64,000 nucleotides of DNA from Terriglobia bacterium. Its GTDB lineage: Bacteria; Acidobacteriota; Terriglobia; 20CM-2-55-15. Shown here piece after piece: positions 31,848 to 41,190 of this stretch. The notes under the pieces are model-generated. The model saw only the letters and a program-made list of their open reading frames with translations. It searched no databases and was not told the DNA's origin. Each line of letters begins with the position of its first letter. The first letter of the stretch is position 1. Location: assembly GCA_965218585.1 (NCBI GenBank), contig CBDCLE010000002.1:384001-448000 (forward strand), written 5' to 3'. The translations under genes were made by a program, and so were the position numbers.

Positions 31848-32909
31848 CTATGTCGCCAAGTTCAGTTTCTTTGCGTTAAACGTGTCTCCTTTCTTCCACA
31901 TCTTCAGTGCGGTCGCTGCAATCTTCCTCGCCAGTGTCAGCCGAGCCATCTCCTTACGCTTGCCGTCTTTCTGGAGCCCCTCCAGGTAGCTTTTCCAAGG
32001 TTCGGCCCCCATGCCTCCGGTCGCCGCCCCGATGAACACATCTTTCAAACGTCGGTTGCCGTTGCGGTTCAGTCCCCGCGTGGCGATCGGCTTTCGACGA
32101 CGTACCACACGACTCCCTTCCTGCTCATACTCCGCACTCATGTGCATTGCCACGGCCAGACCGCTGTAGTTCCAGAGCTGGCGTTTGGTTCGAAATCGAT
32201 GCGGGGTGTCCCCCGTCGCTACAATCAAGGCGCAACGTATCGGTCCCAACTGGGGAATCGTCTGCAATATCCCCACCGCACGATGCTTGCGGCTCTCGGT
32301 TAACATCGCCAGCTTCGCTTTTTTTCTTAACCCTCTCAGATGATCCAGCTCCTCATACAACCATCCGGTACGCCGCCGTGCACCGGTATTGGCGAGCTGT
32401 TCGATCCAGTGTTCCCGCTGCGATGGGAGGTAGACGCCGTGGCCCGGCGTCCGGATCCCACGTCCTCGATACATTGCCTTGATCCGAACCATCGTCCGCT
32501 GCGTATCCAGGGTCAAGGTCTCATATCCGCGGACCAGTTCTTTCAACGTCCGCGTCGCATCGTGCCCGTGGTAGACCGACCGCAGCCATCCGGCCCGGAG
32601 CAGCTCGGCCAGTTTCAGGGCATCCACCCGGTCGGTCTTGGACCCGTCACTGAGCAGTTTGTTCCGTCTGGGATCACACACGATCACTTCGCTCACATAT
32701 CCCCGGACCACGTTGTAGAGCCATTCGGCCTGCGTGGTTTCTTCAAACGTCACGTGCAGCTCACCACTCAGACTCTCCAGCAAATCAATGATTGGCCCGG
32801 CCTGGGTCTCTACGATCTTTTCCCAGACCAGTTTGCCGTCTGCGTTTAAGACCATCACCACCGTCGTTGCCTGGTGCACATCCATGCCGATATACTTGGC
32901 CTGTTTCAT
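31848..32909 (-). CDS. IS110-family DEDD recombinase/transposase
   Basis: YIGMDVH, TFEE, KTDRVDA, TIPQLGP, YSGL...SA, LARKIA. Confidence 0.95.
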   Translation of the reverse strand: MKQAKYIGMDVHQATTVVMVLNADGKLVWEKIVETQAGPIIDLLESLSGELHVTFEETTQAEWLYNVVRGYVSEVIVCDPRRNKLLSDGSKTDRVDALKLAELLRAGWLRSVYHGHDATRTLKELVRGYETLTLDTQRTMVRIKAMYRGRGIRTPGHGVYLPSQREHWIEQLANTGARRRTGWLYEELDHLRGLRKKAKLAMLTESRKHRAVGILQTIPQLGPIRCALIVATGDTPHRFRTKRQLWNYSGLAVAMHMSAEYEQEGSRVVRRRKPIATRGLNRNGNRRLKDVFIGAATGGMGAEPWKSYLEGLQKDGKRKEMARLTLARKIAATALKMWKKGDTFNAKKLNLAT

Positions 32910-33017
32910 TTACGTGCTCCTTTGTCTTTGAATTCAACGCAGCTACGTTGAATGGGTTGTTGTCGGGAGATTTTCCTCCTGGCAACAGCCGACAAAGGGG
33001 CGTCCTTCCTTATAGCG

Positions 33018-33141
33018 TGTTGCTGTGCCAAGAGCCACCGAAGAAAAGATTCAATTCGAGATCTCCCGACCCCTGAGACAGGGCGGGACGGGCGGTGAGG
33101 AGCAATCCGATCAAGAGGACACCTAAAGAGAGCCTACGCAT
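33018..33141 (-). pseudogene. 5' fragment of a secreted, probably outer-membrane beta-barrel gene cut by IS110
   Basis: RBS GAGG then MRRLSLGVLLIGLLLTARPALSQGSGDLELNLFFGGSWHSNT, ending at the IS junction. Confidence 0.6.
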
Positions 33142-33307
33142 GCGTGAACCTCAACCCTGCGCAGATAGCCTGCACACGGTTCTCCAGGCGCGCTCGACCG
33201 AAAACGACCTTATGGTTCCTGAAACAGTAACGGAAAGGACTCGCTAAAGTCAAACAAACTTAGGGCTTATGGCCGTTTGAGAGGGTTCGACCCGGATGCC
33301 CCTTTTG

Positions 33308-33337
33308 TTGACACCGTGTCTGGGGTTCATTTAGAAT
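33308..33337 (+). promoter_or_regulatory. Sigma-70 promoter for the S55 peptidase operon
   Basis: TTGACA-N18-TAGAAT. Confidence 0.7.
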
Positions 33338-33469
33338 TCAAATGCCGCTTTTTATTTGAAAATATTGGGCTTATGAGGCTTGCTCGACATTTCATGCGGA
33401 GTTTTTCCCAGAGCCTCGGCGACCTCGAACCAGGGGTCGGGCGGCCGAACAAGTGAGTGACGTAAGATC

Positions 33470-35353
33470 ATGACGCGATGGACCATGTTAGTTCCTGTCT
33501 TGGCGGCTTTTTCTCTACTGGCCGTCCCGCTGGCGAACGCCCAGAGTGGGGAGGAGGTCGAATTCTTCCCCGTCGACGAGCTTCGGGAAGGAATGCGGGG
33601 GGTTGGGCTTACGGTTTTCCACGGGACGACGATCGAGGAGTTCGACGTCGAGATCCTCGGCGTACTTAAGAATTCATCACCGAAGCAGGACATGGTTCTG
33701 GCACGCCTTTCAGGTGGTCCCCTGGCCCAGACCGGCGTAATGCAGGGGATGAGCGGAAGTCCGGTCTACATCGATGGCCGTCTCCTGGGCGCCGTAGCTT
33801 TCGGCTTCGTCTCGTCGATGGAACCGATCGCTGGCATCCAGCCCATATCCCAGATGGTCAACATTCTCGACCAGCCCGACGATCTCCAGAACGCAGAAGC
33901 CGCCGCTGGTCGGTTTCCAGCTGTGGCGGGGACGCTTCCCGCAGAGGGCGTCCGAAGTTATATGAATCGCGCGATGACGGGCCCGGACTCGAGTGACTTC
34001 TCCAGCAGCTATTTGCTGCCGCAATCCTGGACCGAGTCCGCAGCAGCAGCGTCGATGCGATCTACAGGACTTCAGCCGATCCGCACTCCGTTGTTCTTCT
34101 CTGGCGTATCGCCTGTTGCGGTTGCCGAGTTCGCCGGTGTGTTTGAAGCCTTTGGCTTCACGTCGGTCCAGGGCGGCGGAGCAGGAAGTGCCAGCTCTAT
34201 CCAGGGAGTTGAGGGTGGCGAGATACTGCCGGGCGCATCGATTAACGCGGAACTTGTTCGCGGAGACATCAACGTCAGTGCGAATGGCACGGTCACGCAC
34301 GTAGACGGCGACAAAGTGTACGCGTTTGGGCACCCCTTCCAGTCTACGGGTCCCACCGATCTGCCCATGTCTCGGGGATACGTGATTTCGTTGCTGCCGA
34401 ACCGGACGACTTCTTTCAAGCTTGCCGTTCCCATGGATGTTGTCGGGAACTTCCAGCAGGATCGGTCTACCGGTATTTTTGGCCGTCTCGGTGGCTCGGC
34501 GAGCATGATCCCGGTCACAGTAGAACTCCAGACGTCACGTAACGGGGTCGAGCGTTACGAATATGAGGTTATCGATGACCGGTTCATGACGCCGCTCATG
34601 ATGAACATGACTCTATTCAACCTGATCCTGGCGACGGAGCGGAGTCTTGGAGATTTGACGCTGGAGGTCAGTGGGACGATCAATCTGGAGAGCGGAGAGC
34701 AGATCGCAGTCAATAGTGCCTTCGCAGGCGAGGCCAACGCGCCGGTTCAGGCGACGCTGGCAACGGTCGCACCCCTGAGTTACTTGTTGTCGGGAGGGTT
34801 TGAATCGCTGGAGATTGAGTCTGTCGAACTCACAGTCAGATCTACCGATAGCCGAAGGAGCGCTCGTTTGGATGCGGTCAGCGTTGACCGGACCGAGGTT
34901 CGAGCCGGTGACCTGGTTACGCTTGAGGCGACGCTCAGAACGCTGGATGGGAATGAAGTCGTGCAGCAGTATCCGATCGTGATCCCCGAAGGCCTGGCTC
35001 CGGGTCGCGTGCAACTGCTGGTTGGTGACGGTGTTGCCATCACGACCTCCGACCTCCTTCGCGCGCCGTCGGCTCCACCTCGCGATTTGGGACAGGTAAT
35101 CCGGGAACTGAACGAGCTCAGAAAGAGAGACCGGCTGTACGTCAAGCTGTTGAGCACGAATCCCGGTGCCGTTATCGACGGAGAGGAACTGCCGTCGCTG
35201 CCGCCATCCATGATGGCAATGCTCGACACAGAGCGCTCTTCGAGCACTCACACTTCCGGAACGCGAGTTTCTCCGGTTAGTGAGTTCGAGTTGAGACCAT
35301 CGGACCTGGTCATTCAAGGGCAACGGTCGCTCGTTTTGACGATCATCCCGTAA
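33470..35353 (+). CDS. Secreted SpoIVB-like S55 peptidase domain protein
   Basis: Signal peptide; GVMQGMSGSPVYIDGRLLGAV; AFGHPF. Confidence 0.88.
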   Translation: MTRWTMLVPVLAAFSLLAVPLANAQSGEEVEFFPVDELREGMRGVGLTVFHGTTIEEFDVEILGVLKNSSPKQDMVLARLSGGPLAQTGVMQGMSGSPVYIDGRLLGAVAFGFVSSMEPIAGIQPISQMVNILDQPDDLQNAEAAAGRFPAVAGTLPAEGVRSYMNRAMTGPDSSDFSSSYLLPQSWTESAAAASMRSTGLQPIRTPLFFSGVSPVAVAEFAGVFEAFGFTSVQGGGAGSASSIQGVEGGEILPGASINAELVRGDINVSANGTVTHVDGDKVYAFGHPFQSTGPTDLPMSRGYVISLLPNRTTSFKLAVPMDVVGNFQQDRSTGIFGRLGGSASMIPVTVELQTSRNGVERYEYEVIDDRFMTPLMMNMTLFNLILATERSLGDLTLEVSGTINLESGEQIAVNSAFAGEANAPVQATLATVAPLSYLLSGGFESLEIESVELTVRSTDSRRSARLDAVSVDRTEVRAGDLVTLEATLRTLDGNEVVQQYPIVIPEGLAPGRVQLLVGDGVAITTSDLLRAPSAPPRDLGQVIRELNELRKRDRLYVKLLSTNPGAVIDGEELPSLPPSMMAMLDTERSSSTHTSGTRVSPVSEFELRPSDLVIQGQRSLVLTIIP

Positions 35354-35381
35354 TAACTGTTTGGATCATAGAAAGGGATCG

Positions 35382-37586
35382 ATGAAGAAAATCCTCTGGC
35401 TGCTGCCGTTAGTGCTTGCCCTTCCCGCGCTTGCCGTCATTCCACAGTTCTGGGAAACTCGGACGTACGACGCGTTTCGAAGAGGCGAATTGGACGGGTT
35501 GTCGGTTACCGGAGAAGGTCAGTTGGTACTGGCGCCGAGTTTCGACGCAGTTTTCGAGACCCCGGATCCGATCATCTTCAGCGCCGCCACAGATCGGGAC
35601 GGGAACGTTTACCTGGGTACGGGTCACGATGGCAAGGTTTATAGAGTGGACGGTGACGGAAACGGAAGTGTCATAGCAGATCTGGACGAGTTGGACGTTC
35701 TGGCGGTTGCTGTCAGCGAGGACGATACCGTGTTCGCTGCCACCTCTCCCAACGGCAAAGTCTACCGGATTACCACCGACGGGAACACCGAGGTCTTCTT
35801 TGAGCCTGAGGCCCGCTACATCTGGTCGATGGTGTTCGATCAGGAAGGCAGAATGCTCGTGGCCACCGGAGACGAGGGCGTGATCTACCGTGTCGATGAT
35901 AACGGGCAGAGCGAGGTCTTCTACGACAGCGAAGAAACGCACATCATAACGATGGCGATGGACGGATCCGGCAACGTGATTGCAGGCGGGGACCCCAAGG
36001 GATACGTCTACAGAATTTCCGATAGGGGCCAGCCATTCGTTCTCTACGACTCCGGGATGAGGGAAGTGCGCTCGGTGAGAGTCGCCACCGACGGAACGAT
36101 CTATGCCGCAGCGCTCAATTCACCAAGCGGACCGGGTCTTGCTGGCCCGAATCCTGCTGTAACCAGCGGACCGGGGGAAGGTGCCACGGTATCGGTCACG
36201 GTCGGAGCGGGTCAGAGCACATTCGCTGCCCAGAACAGCAACGTAAATGGAGGACAGGCAGGTGGGGCAGGACGTGGCCGGGGCGGCGCGCAGGGTCGAG
36301 GTGGCGACCGAGGTCCGGCTTCCCAGAGCGTCATTCTCGAGATCACGTCGGACGGTGCGGTGACACGCGTCTGGGAGTCCGGCGACGAGATGGTGTTCGC
36401 CCTGCTACCACGTGACGGTGAGCTTCTCTTTTCGACAGGCACGCGAGGGCGCATTTATTCCCTGGAACCCCCCGAACGCGCAACGCTGCTGCTCGAGTCC
36501 ACCGAAGAGCAGACCACGCGTCTGCTGGCTTACGGCGACCGCATTCTCGCGACGTCGTCCAACGCCGGAAAGCTCTTCGAAGTCGGCGACACGGCCGGGG
36601 CTTCGGGAGCTTACGAATCCATTGTCAGGAATACCGGAGCCACTTCGAGTTGGGGCAAGGCCCTGTGGTCGGGTAATGGCGTTGAGGTTCTTACCCGCAG
36701 CGGCAACACTGGGAGTCCAGATCAAACATGGTCTGACTGGGCTGCGGTAGCAGACGATGGTGGCGTCCGAAGTCCCAGGGCTCGCTTCGTGCAGTGGCGC
36801 GCCATTTTGAGCGACGACGGGGGCGATTCTCCGATGCTGTCATCAGTTACGCTGCCTTATCTGCAGCAGAATTTCCGTCCCGAGATCCGTGGGGTTAACG
36901 TCTTGCGTCCCGGAATCGCCTTACAGGCTCTACCGGCGGCGAACAATAACGCGGGCGGCGGAAACGCACTCAACCGAGGCGGTACCTCGGGCAGAGTCTT
37001 GCCGACCACGCCTGCGGCGCAGGCCAGGACCATCGTGCGTACAGGAGCTCAATCCCTGAGATGGACCGCCCAGGACCAGAACAATGACGCGTTGATCTAT
37101 TCCATCTTGTACCGCGCCGGAAACGAAGGAGAGTGGAAGCAACTCGTAGCCGGAATCAAGGATACCTATTACACCATCGAGCCGGACACGCTGCCTGACG
37201 GGATGTACGTTTTTCGGGTTGTTACAAGTGATATCGGATCGAATCCAGCAGAAATGGCCCTGACAGGACAGATGGATACGCAGCCGTTTGCGATCGACGG
37301 CACACCCCCGGGTGTTACGGTAGAGCAGCGGGGCGTGGCAGGACGCGCGGTGAACCTCTACGTCGACGCCAACGATGAAACCTCGACGCTGAAACAAGCT
37401 GAGGTGTCGGTGGATGCAGGGCAATGGCGCCCTGTCTTTCCTGTCGACGGCATTGTCGATTCCCAATCGGAGGTATTCGAGTTTTCTTCCCTGGAATTGG
37501 ATTCGGGCGAGCATGTCGTAGCGTTCCGAATCTACGATCAGAACGAAAATGTAGGCATCGGGAAGACGATCGTGCAGATTCCGTGA
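35382..37586 (+). CDS. Secreted beta-propeller protein with C-terminal Ig/FN3-like domains
   Basis: Signal peptide; repeated TG/TS-xxGK(V/I)YR blades; PDGMYVFRVV, PVDGIVDS. Confidence 0.75.
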   Translation: MKKILWLLPLVLALPALAVIPQFWETRTYDAFRRGELDGLSVTGEGQLVLAPSFDAVFETPDPIIFSAATDRDGNVYLGTGHDGKVYRVDGDGNGSVIADLDELDVLAVAVSEDDTVFAATSPNGKVYRITTDGNTEVFFEPEARYIWSMVFDQEGRMLVATGDEGVIYRVDDNGQSEVFYDSEETHIITMAMDGSGNVIAGGDPKGYVYRISDRGQPFVLYDSGMREVRSVRVATDGTIYAAALNSPSGPGLAGPNPAVTSGPGEGATVSVTVGAGQSTFAAQNSNVNGGQAGGAGRGRGGAQGRGGDRGPASQSVILEITSDGAVTRVWESGDEMVFALLPRDGELLFSTGTRGRIYSLEPPERATLLLESTEEQTTRLLAYGDRILATSSNAGKLFEVGDTAGASGAYESIVRNTGATSSWGKALWSGNGVEVLTRSGNTGSPDQTWSDWAAVADDGGVRSPRARFVQWRAILSDDGGDSPMLSSVTLPYLQQNFRPEIRGVNVLRPGIALQALPAANNNAGGGNALNRGGTSGRVLPTTPAAQARTIVRTGAQSLRWTAQDQNNDALIYSILYRAGNEGEWKQLVAGIKDTYYTIEPDTLPDGMYVFRVVTSDIGSNPAEMALTGQMDTQPFAIDGTPPGVTVEQRGVAGRAVNLYVDANDETSTLKQAEVSVDAGQWRPVFPVDGIVDSQSEVFEFSSLELDSGEHVVAFRIYDQNENVGIGKTIVQIP

Positions 37587-37642
37587 AGACGAATCCGAGA
37601 TTGGACGTCTAATGCTCGTATGTCTTTCGAGAGCGAGGAGCC

Positions 37643-39652
37643 ATGAGGAATCTTAAAGCCGTTCTGGTTTGTTTTTTGTTGGCCTTACCGGGCACTGGCC
37701 TGGCACAGGTACCGACATCAGTTGATTCGGATCGTCCCCTGATAGACGTCGAATCCTATTCCATCCAAGCGACGATCGATCCCTTCGAGAGGGAACTGGT
37801 CGCCTCGGCCGTGATTCGGTTCATCCAACAGGACCGGCAGAATTTTGCGGTGTTCGATCTGGACCGGAACATGAGGGTGATCGACGTCTATCTAGGAGAA
37901 GAGGAACCGCTTCCGGTCCGCTTCCGCCAGTTCGATATCGATTCCACCCTGGAAGTCGACCTGAGCGATCTGGGGCAGTTTGATCAGCCCGTGGTCCGGG
38001 TCGAGTATGCGGGTGTGTTCAACCCTCAAGAAGGCCGTCGGGAACCCATACTGGCTCGGATCGGGGCGGACTCGGCTTTCCTCCTTAACGAAGCCAAGTG
38101 GTATCCCATGAACGGAGTTGGCCAGGATGCCGCCATCATGGATCTTCAGCTGACCGTGCCTTCGGACTGGGAGGTGGCCAGCGCACTTACGATTGTCGAT
38201 TCCCAACCTGATTTTGTTGTCGGAGGGGTTCAGCTGTCTCTTTCCGGAGCAGAACCCGCGTTCTGGGGAACGTTGGCCGCAGGTCCGTATGAATCGGTGT
38301 CGGTCCCGGCGTCAGTTCCGTCAGGGGGTGGTCCCAGAGTCGAAGCTCTAGTCTACGAAGATTCGGTCGAGGCCGCCCGGGATATGAGTGGAGCGGCGGC
38401 GGAAGCGTTCAGCTTTTACACAGAGACATTCGGTGAGGCGGTGGCGCCGTCGTTCCGAATCGTGGAGATCGACGGCGCGAATTGGGTGTCCAGGTCGGTG
38501 CCCGGTATGCTTCTGCTACCGGGAGCGGCGATTCGAGCCGATTTCGATCCGTGGGAACTGGCGCAGTATGTGGCGAACCAGTGGTTCCCGCTCAAGTACA
38601 CGGTTGTCGATCCCGAAGCTGATGCCTGGTTGGGTGAAGGCCTCGCGGTTTTTGCGAGCCTCTTCTATTTCGAAGAGACTCTGCCCGTCGGTGATGCAGA
38701 TGAATTCGTGGAAAGAACGCTCGTAAAGGCGCTCAGCTATGAAGATGGCTTGCCACTGAATGAGGTGGGCAGCCTTGCCCAAGATTCGGCCGAGTACCGG
38801 GCCATCGCAGGCTTCAAGGGGGGATTTGTATTCCGGATGCTTCGAGACGTGATGGGCGACGATGTCTTCCGCAGAATGCTTGACGATTTTTCTGTGACGT
38901 TCACTGAAAGCGGATTGTCTACCCAGAACCTATTGGAGGTTGCATCCCAGGCAGCCGGCGAAGATTTGACCTATTTCTTCGACCAGTGGGTCAACAGTGC
39001 TGGAATTCCGGAATTCACCCGCGAATACACGGTTTTCCGTACGACGGAAGGCTACAAGATCATGGGGCAGATCAATCAGGATCTGGACCTGTTCCGAATG
39101 CCGGTCGAAGTCGAAGTCCAGACCGATGGCGAGTTTGAATACCGTCAGACCTGGGTGTCCGGTCCGTCCAGCGATCTCGATCTCATTACCGAGCGGAAGC
39201 CTGGACTGATTGTTATTGATCCGGAGATGAGAATCCTGAGGCTGTCCCCGGAAATCCGGGTGTCGGTGAGCATCAGCCGTGGCGAGGATTTCGCAAATTC
39301 GGGCGACTACAACCGAGCCATCGACGAGTACCAGGACGCGATAGATGAAGATCGGCTGAGTTCGCTTGCCTACTTCAGAATGGGTGAGGCCCTGTTCGAG
39401 TTGGGCAACCTGCAGGCGGCGGCGAACGTATTTCGGGAAACGCTGAACGGTGATTTAGAGCCACGCTGGGTCGAAGTCTGGGCTTACGTCAACTTGGGTA
39501 AGATTTACGACATCCGCGGTCAGCGGGAGCGCGCCGTTACCGAGTACCAGAAGGCCGTCAACACCAGTGACGATGCATACGGTGCGCAGGGTGAGGCCGA
39601 ACAGTACATCGAAGAACCCTTCCGTCGAGCCGGTGGGCCCACAATCGGCTGA
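37643..39652 (+). CDS. M1 aminopeptidase-like protein lacking HEXXH, with C-terminal TPRs
   Basis: AQYVANQWF...WLGEGLA...KGGFVFRMLR...DLTYFFDQWV; TPRs AYFRMGEAL, AYVNLGKIY. Confidence 0.75.
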   Translation: MRNLKAVLVCFLLALPGTGLAQVPTSVDSDRPLIDVESYSIQATIDPFERELVASAVIRFIQQDRQNFAVFDLDRNMRVIDVYLGEEEPLPVRFRQFDIDSTLEVDLSDLGQFDQPVVRVEYAGVFNPQEGRREPILARIGADSAFLLNEAKWYPMNGVGQDAAIMDLQLTVPSDWEVASALTIVDSQPDFVVGGVQLSLSGAEPAFWGTLAAGPYESVSVPASVPSGGGPRVEALVYEDSVEAARDMSGAAAEAFSFYTETFGEAVAPSFRIVEIDGANWVSRSVPGMLLLPGAAIRADFDPWELAQYVANQWFPLKYTVVDPEADAWLGEGLAVFASLFYFEETLPVGDADEFVERTLVKALSYEDGLPLNEVGSLAQDSAEYRAIAGFKGGFVFRMLRDVMGDDVFRRMLDDFSVTFTESGLSTQNLLEVASQAAGEDLTYFFDQWVNSAGIPEFTREYTVFRTTEGYKIMGQINQDLDLFRMPVEVEVQTDGEFEYRQTWVSGPSSDLDLITERKPGLIVIDPEMRILRLSPEIRVSVSISRGEDFANSGDYNRAIDEYQDAIDEDRLSSLAYFRMGEALFELGNLQAAANVFRETLNGDLEPRWVEVWAYVNLGKIYDIRGQRERAVTEYQKAVNTSDDAYGAQGEAEQYIEEPFRRAGGPTIG

Positions 39653-39654
39653 TA

Positions 39655-39710
39655 GTTAAAAAGGGGACAGTGAGCAATTTCTTTATATTGCTCACTGTCC
39701 CCTTTTTAAC
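39655..39710. repeat. Long palindrome (24 bp arms), REP-like and probably a bidirectional terminator
   Basis: GTTAAAAAGGGGACAGTGAGCAAT-N8-ATTGCTCACTGTCCCCTTTTTAAC between convergent genes. Confidence 0.8.
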
Positions 39711-39729
39711 TGTTCTGTCCCTTTTTAAC

Positions 39730-41190
39730 CTACTCCATCTGATAATTCGGGGCTTCCTTCGTGATGAACACGTCATGGACGTGGCTTTCCTTCAATGACG
39801 CGTCGGTGATCTTCATGAACTGGCTCTTCGTCTGGAGTTCTTCGATCGTGCCGCAACCGGAGTAGCCCATACCCGAGCGAAGGCCTCCGACAAGTTGATG
39901 CACCATTGAAGAAAGCGGCCCTTTGTGGGTGACGCGTCCTTCGACACCTTCGGGGACCAGCTTTCCCGGCTGCTCCTTTTCCTGCGCATAGCGGTCGCCG
40001 CTGCCTTCCTGCATTGCGCCGATCGAACCCATGCCGCGGTACGACTTGTACGTCCGGCCCTGGTAGAGAATGACTTCACCCGGACTTTCGTCCGTGCCGG
40101 CAAAGAGTGACCCGATCATGACCGTATCGGCCCCGGCTGCGATGGCCTTGGCGACATCTCCCGAGAACTTGACGCCTCCGTCCGCGATAAGCGGGATCTT
40201 GTGCTTCTCGCAAACAGTGCGGCATTCCATGATGGCGCTGATCTGTGGCACACCGGCGCCGCTGACGACGCGGGTTGTGCAGATCGATCCCGGACCGATC
40301 CCGATCTTGACAGCGTCCACCCCGGCATCGATGAGGTCCGTTGCCGCCTCTGCCGAAGCGATGTTGCCAGCGATAAGATCTGTATCCGGATACGCCTTTT
40401 TGACCTCCTTCACCGCTGCCAGCACCCGGGACGAATGCCCATGGGCTGTGTCGACAACGATGACGTCGACCTTGGCGCCAATCAGCGCGGCCGCCCGTTC
40501 CAGGTAGTCGCCCGTCGCCCCTATCGCCGCTCCCACACGAAGTCGACCGTGTTCGTCTTTGGCCGAAGACGGATATTTGATCTTCTTGGTGATGTCCTTG
40601 ACCGTGATCAGTCCTTTCAGATTCTGATTCTTATCTACGACCAGTAGTTTTTCGATGCGATGTTTGTGGAGGAGTCGTTGTGCCTCATCCAGCGTCGTAC
40701 CAACCGGCACGGTCACGAGGTTTTCTTTAGTCATCACCTCCCGGATCGGCAGTTGAAAGCGGTCTTCAAAGCGCAGGTCCCTGTTGGTCAAGATTCCTAC
40801 CAGACGTCCCCGTTCGGTTATCGGAACGCCCGATATTTTGTAATGCGCCATCAGGTCGACCGCTTCCTGAATCTTGTGGTCGGGAGACATCGTGATCGGA
40901 TCGACGATCATTCCACTCTCCGACCTCTTCACCTTGTCGACCTCGGAAGCCTGCTGGCCGATCTCCATGTTCCGGTGCATGATACCGATGCCGCCCTGTT
41001 GGGCGAGAGCGATGGCCAGACGTGACTCCGTGACCGTGTCCATGGCCGCGCTCGCAATAGGAATGTTCAGCGTAACGCGGCTGGTTAATCGCGTACGGGT
41101 CTGGACTTCGCTGGGCAGGACGTCCGATTTCATGGGCATGATCAGGACGTCGTCAAAGGTATAGGCTTCTGGAAATTTCTGTTCGTTCAA
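39730..41190 (-). CDS. guaB: IMP dehydrogenase
   Basis: [19 protein letters not shown] pair, [17 protein letters not shown]; TTG start overlaps the secA stop. Confidence 0.97.
   Translation of the reverse strand: MNEQKFPEAYTFDDVLIMPMKSDVLPSEVQTRTRLTSRVTLNIPIASAAMDTVTESRLAIALAQQGGIGIMHRNMEIGQQASEVDKVKRSESGMIVDPITMSPDHKIQEAVDLMAHYKISGVPITERGRLVGILTNRDLRFEDRFQLPIREVMTKENLVTVPVGTTLDEAQRLLHKHRIEKLLVVDKNQNLKGLITVKDITKKIKYPSSAKDEHGRLRVGAAIGATGDYLERAAALIGAKVDVIVVDTAHGHSSRVLAAVKEVKKAYPDTDLIAGNIASAEAATDLIDAGVDAVKIGIGPGSICTTRVVSGAGVPQISAIMECRTVCEKHKIPLIADGGVKFSGDVAKAIAAGADTVMIGSLFAGTDESPGEVILYQGRTYKSYRGMGSIGAMQEGSGDRYAQEKEQPGKLVPEGVEGRVTHKGPLSSMVHQLVGGLRSGMGYSGCGTIEELQTKSQFMKITDASLKESHVHDVFITKEAPNYQME

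Larger units (their letters stand above)
31458..33017 (-). mobile_element. IS110-family (IS1111-like layout) element with a long downstream non-coding region
   Basis: Right end ...TTGACAGCCCCTTCCATAGAAA-CG; left end CG-CTATAAGGAAGG; ACGC shared at both junctions; subterminal TA(A/T)GGAAGG inverted pair. Confidence 0.85.
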
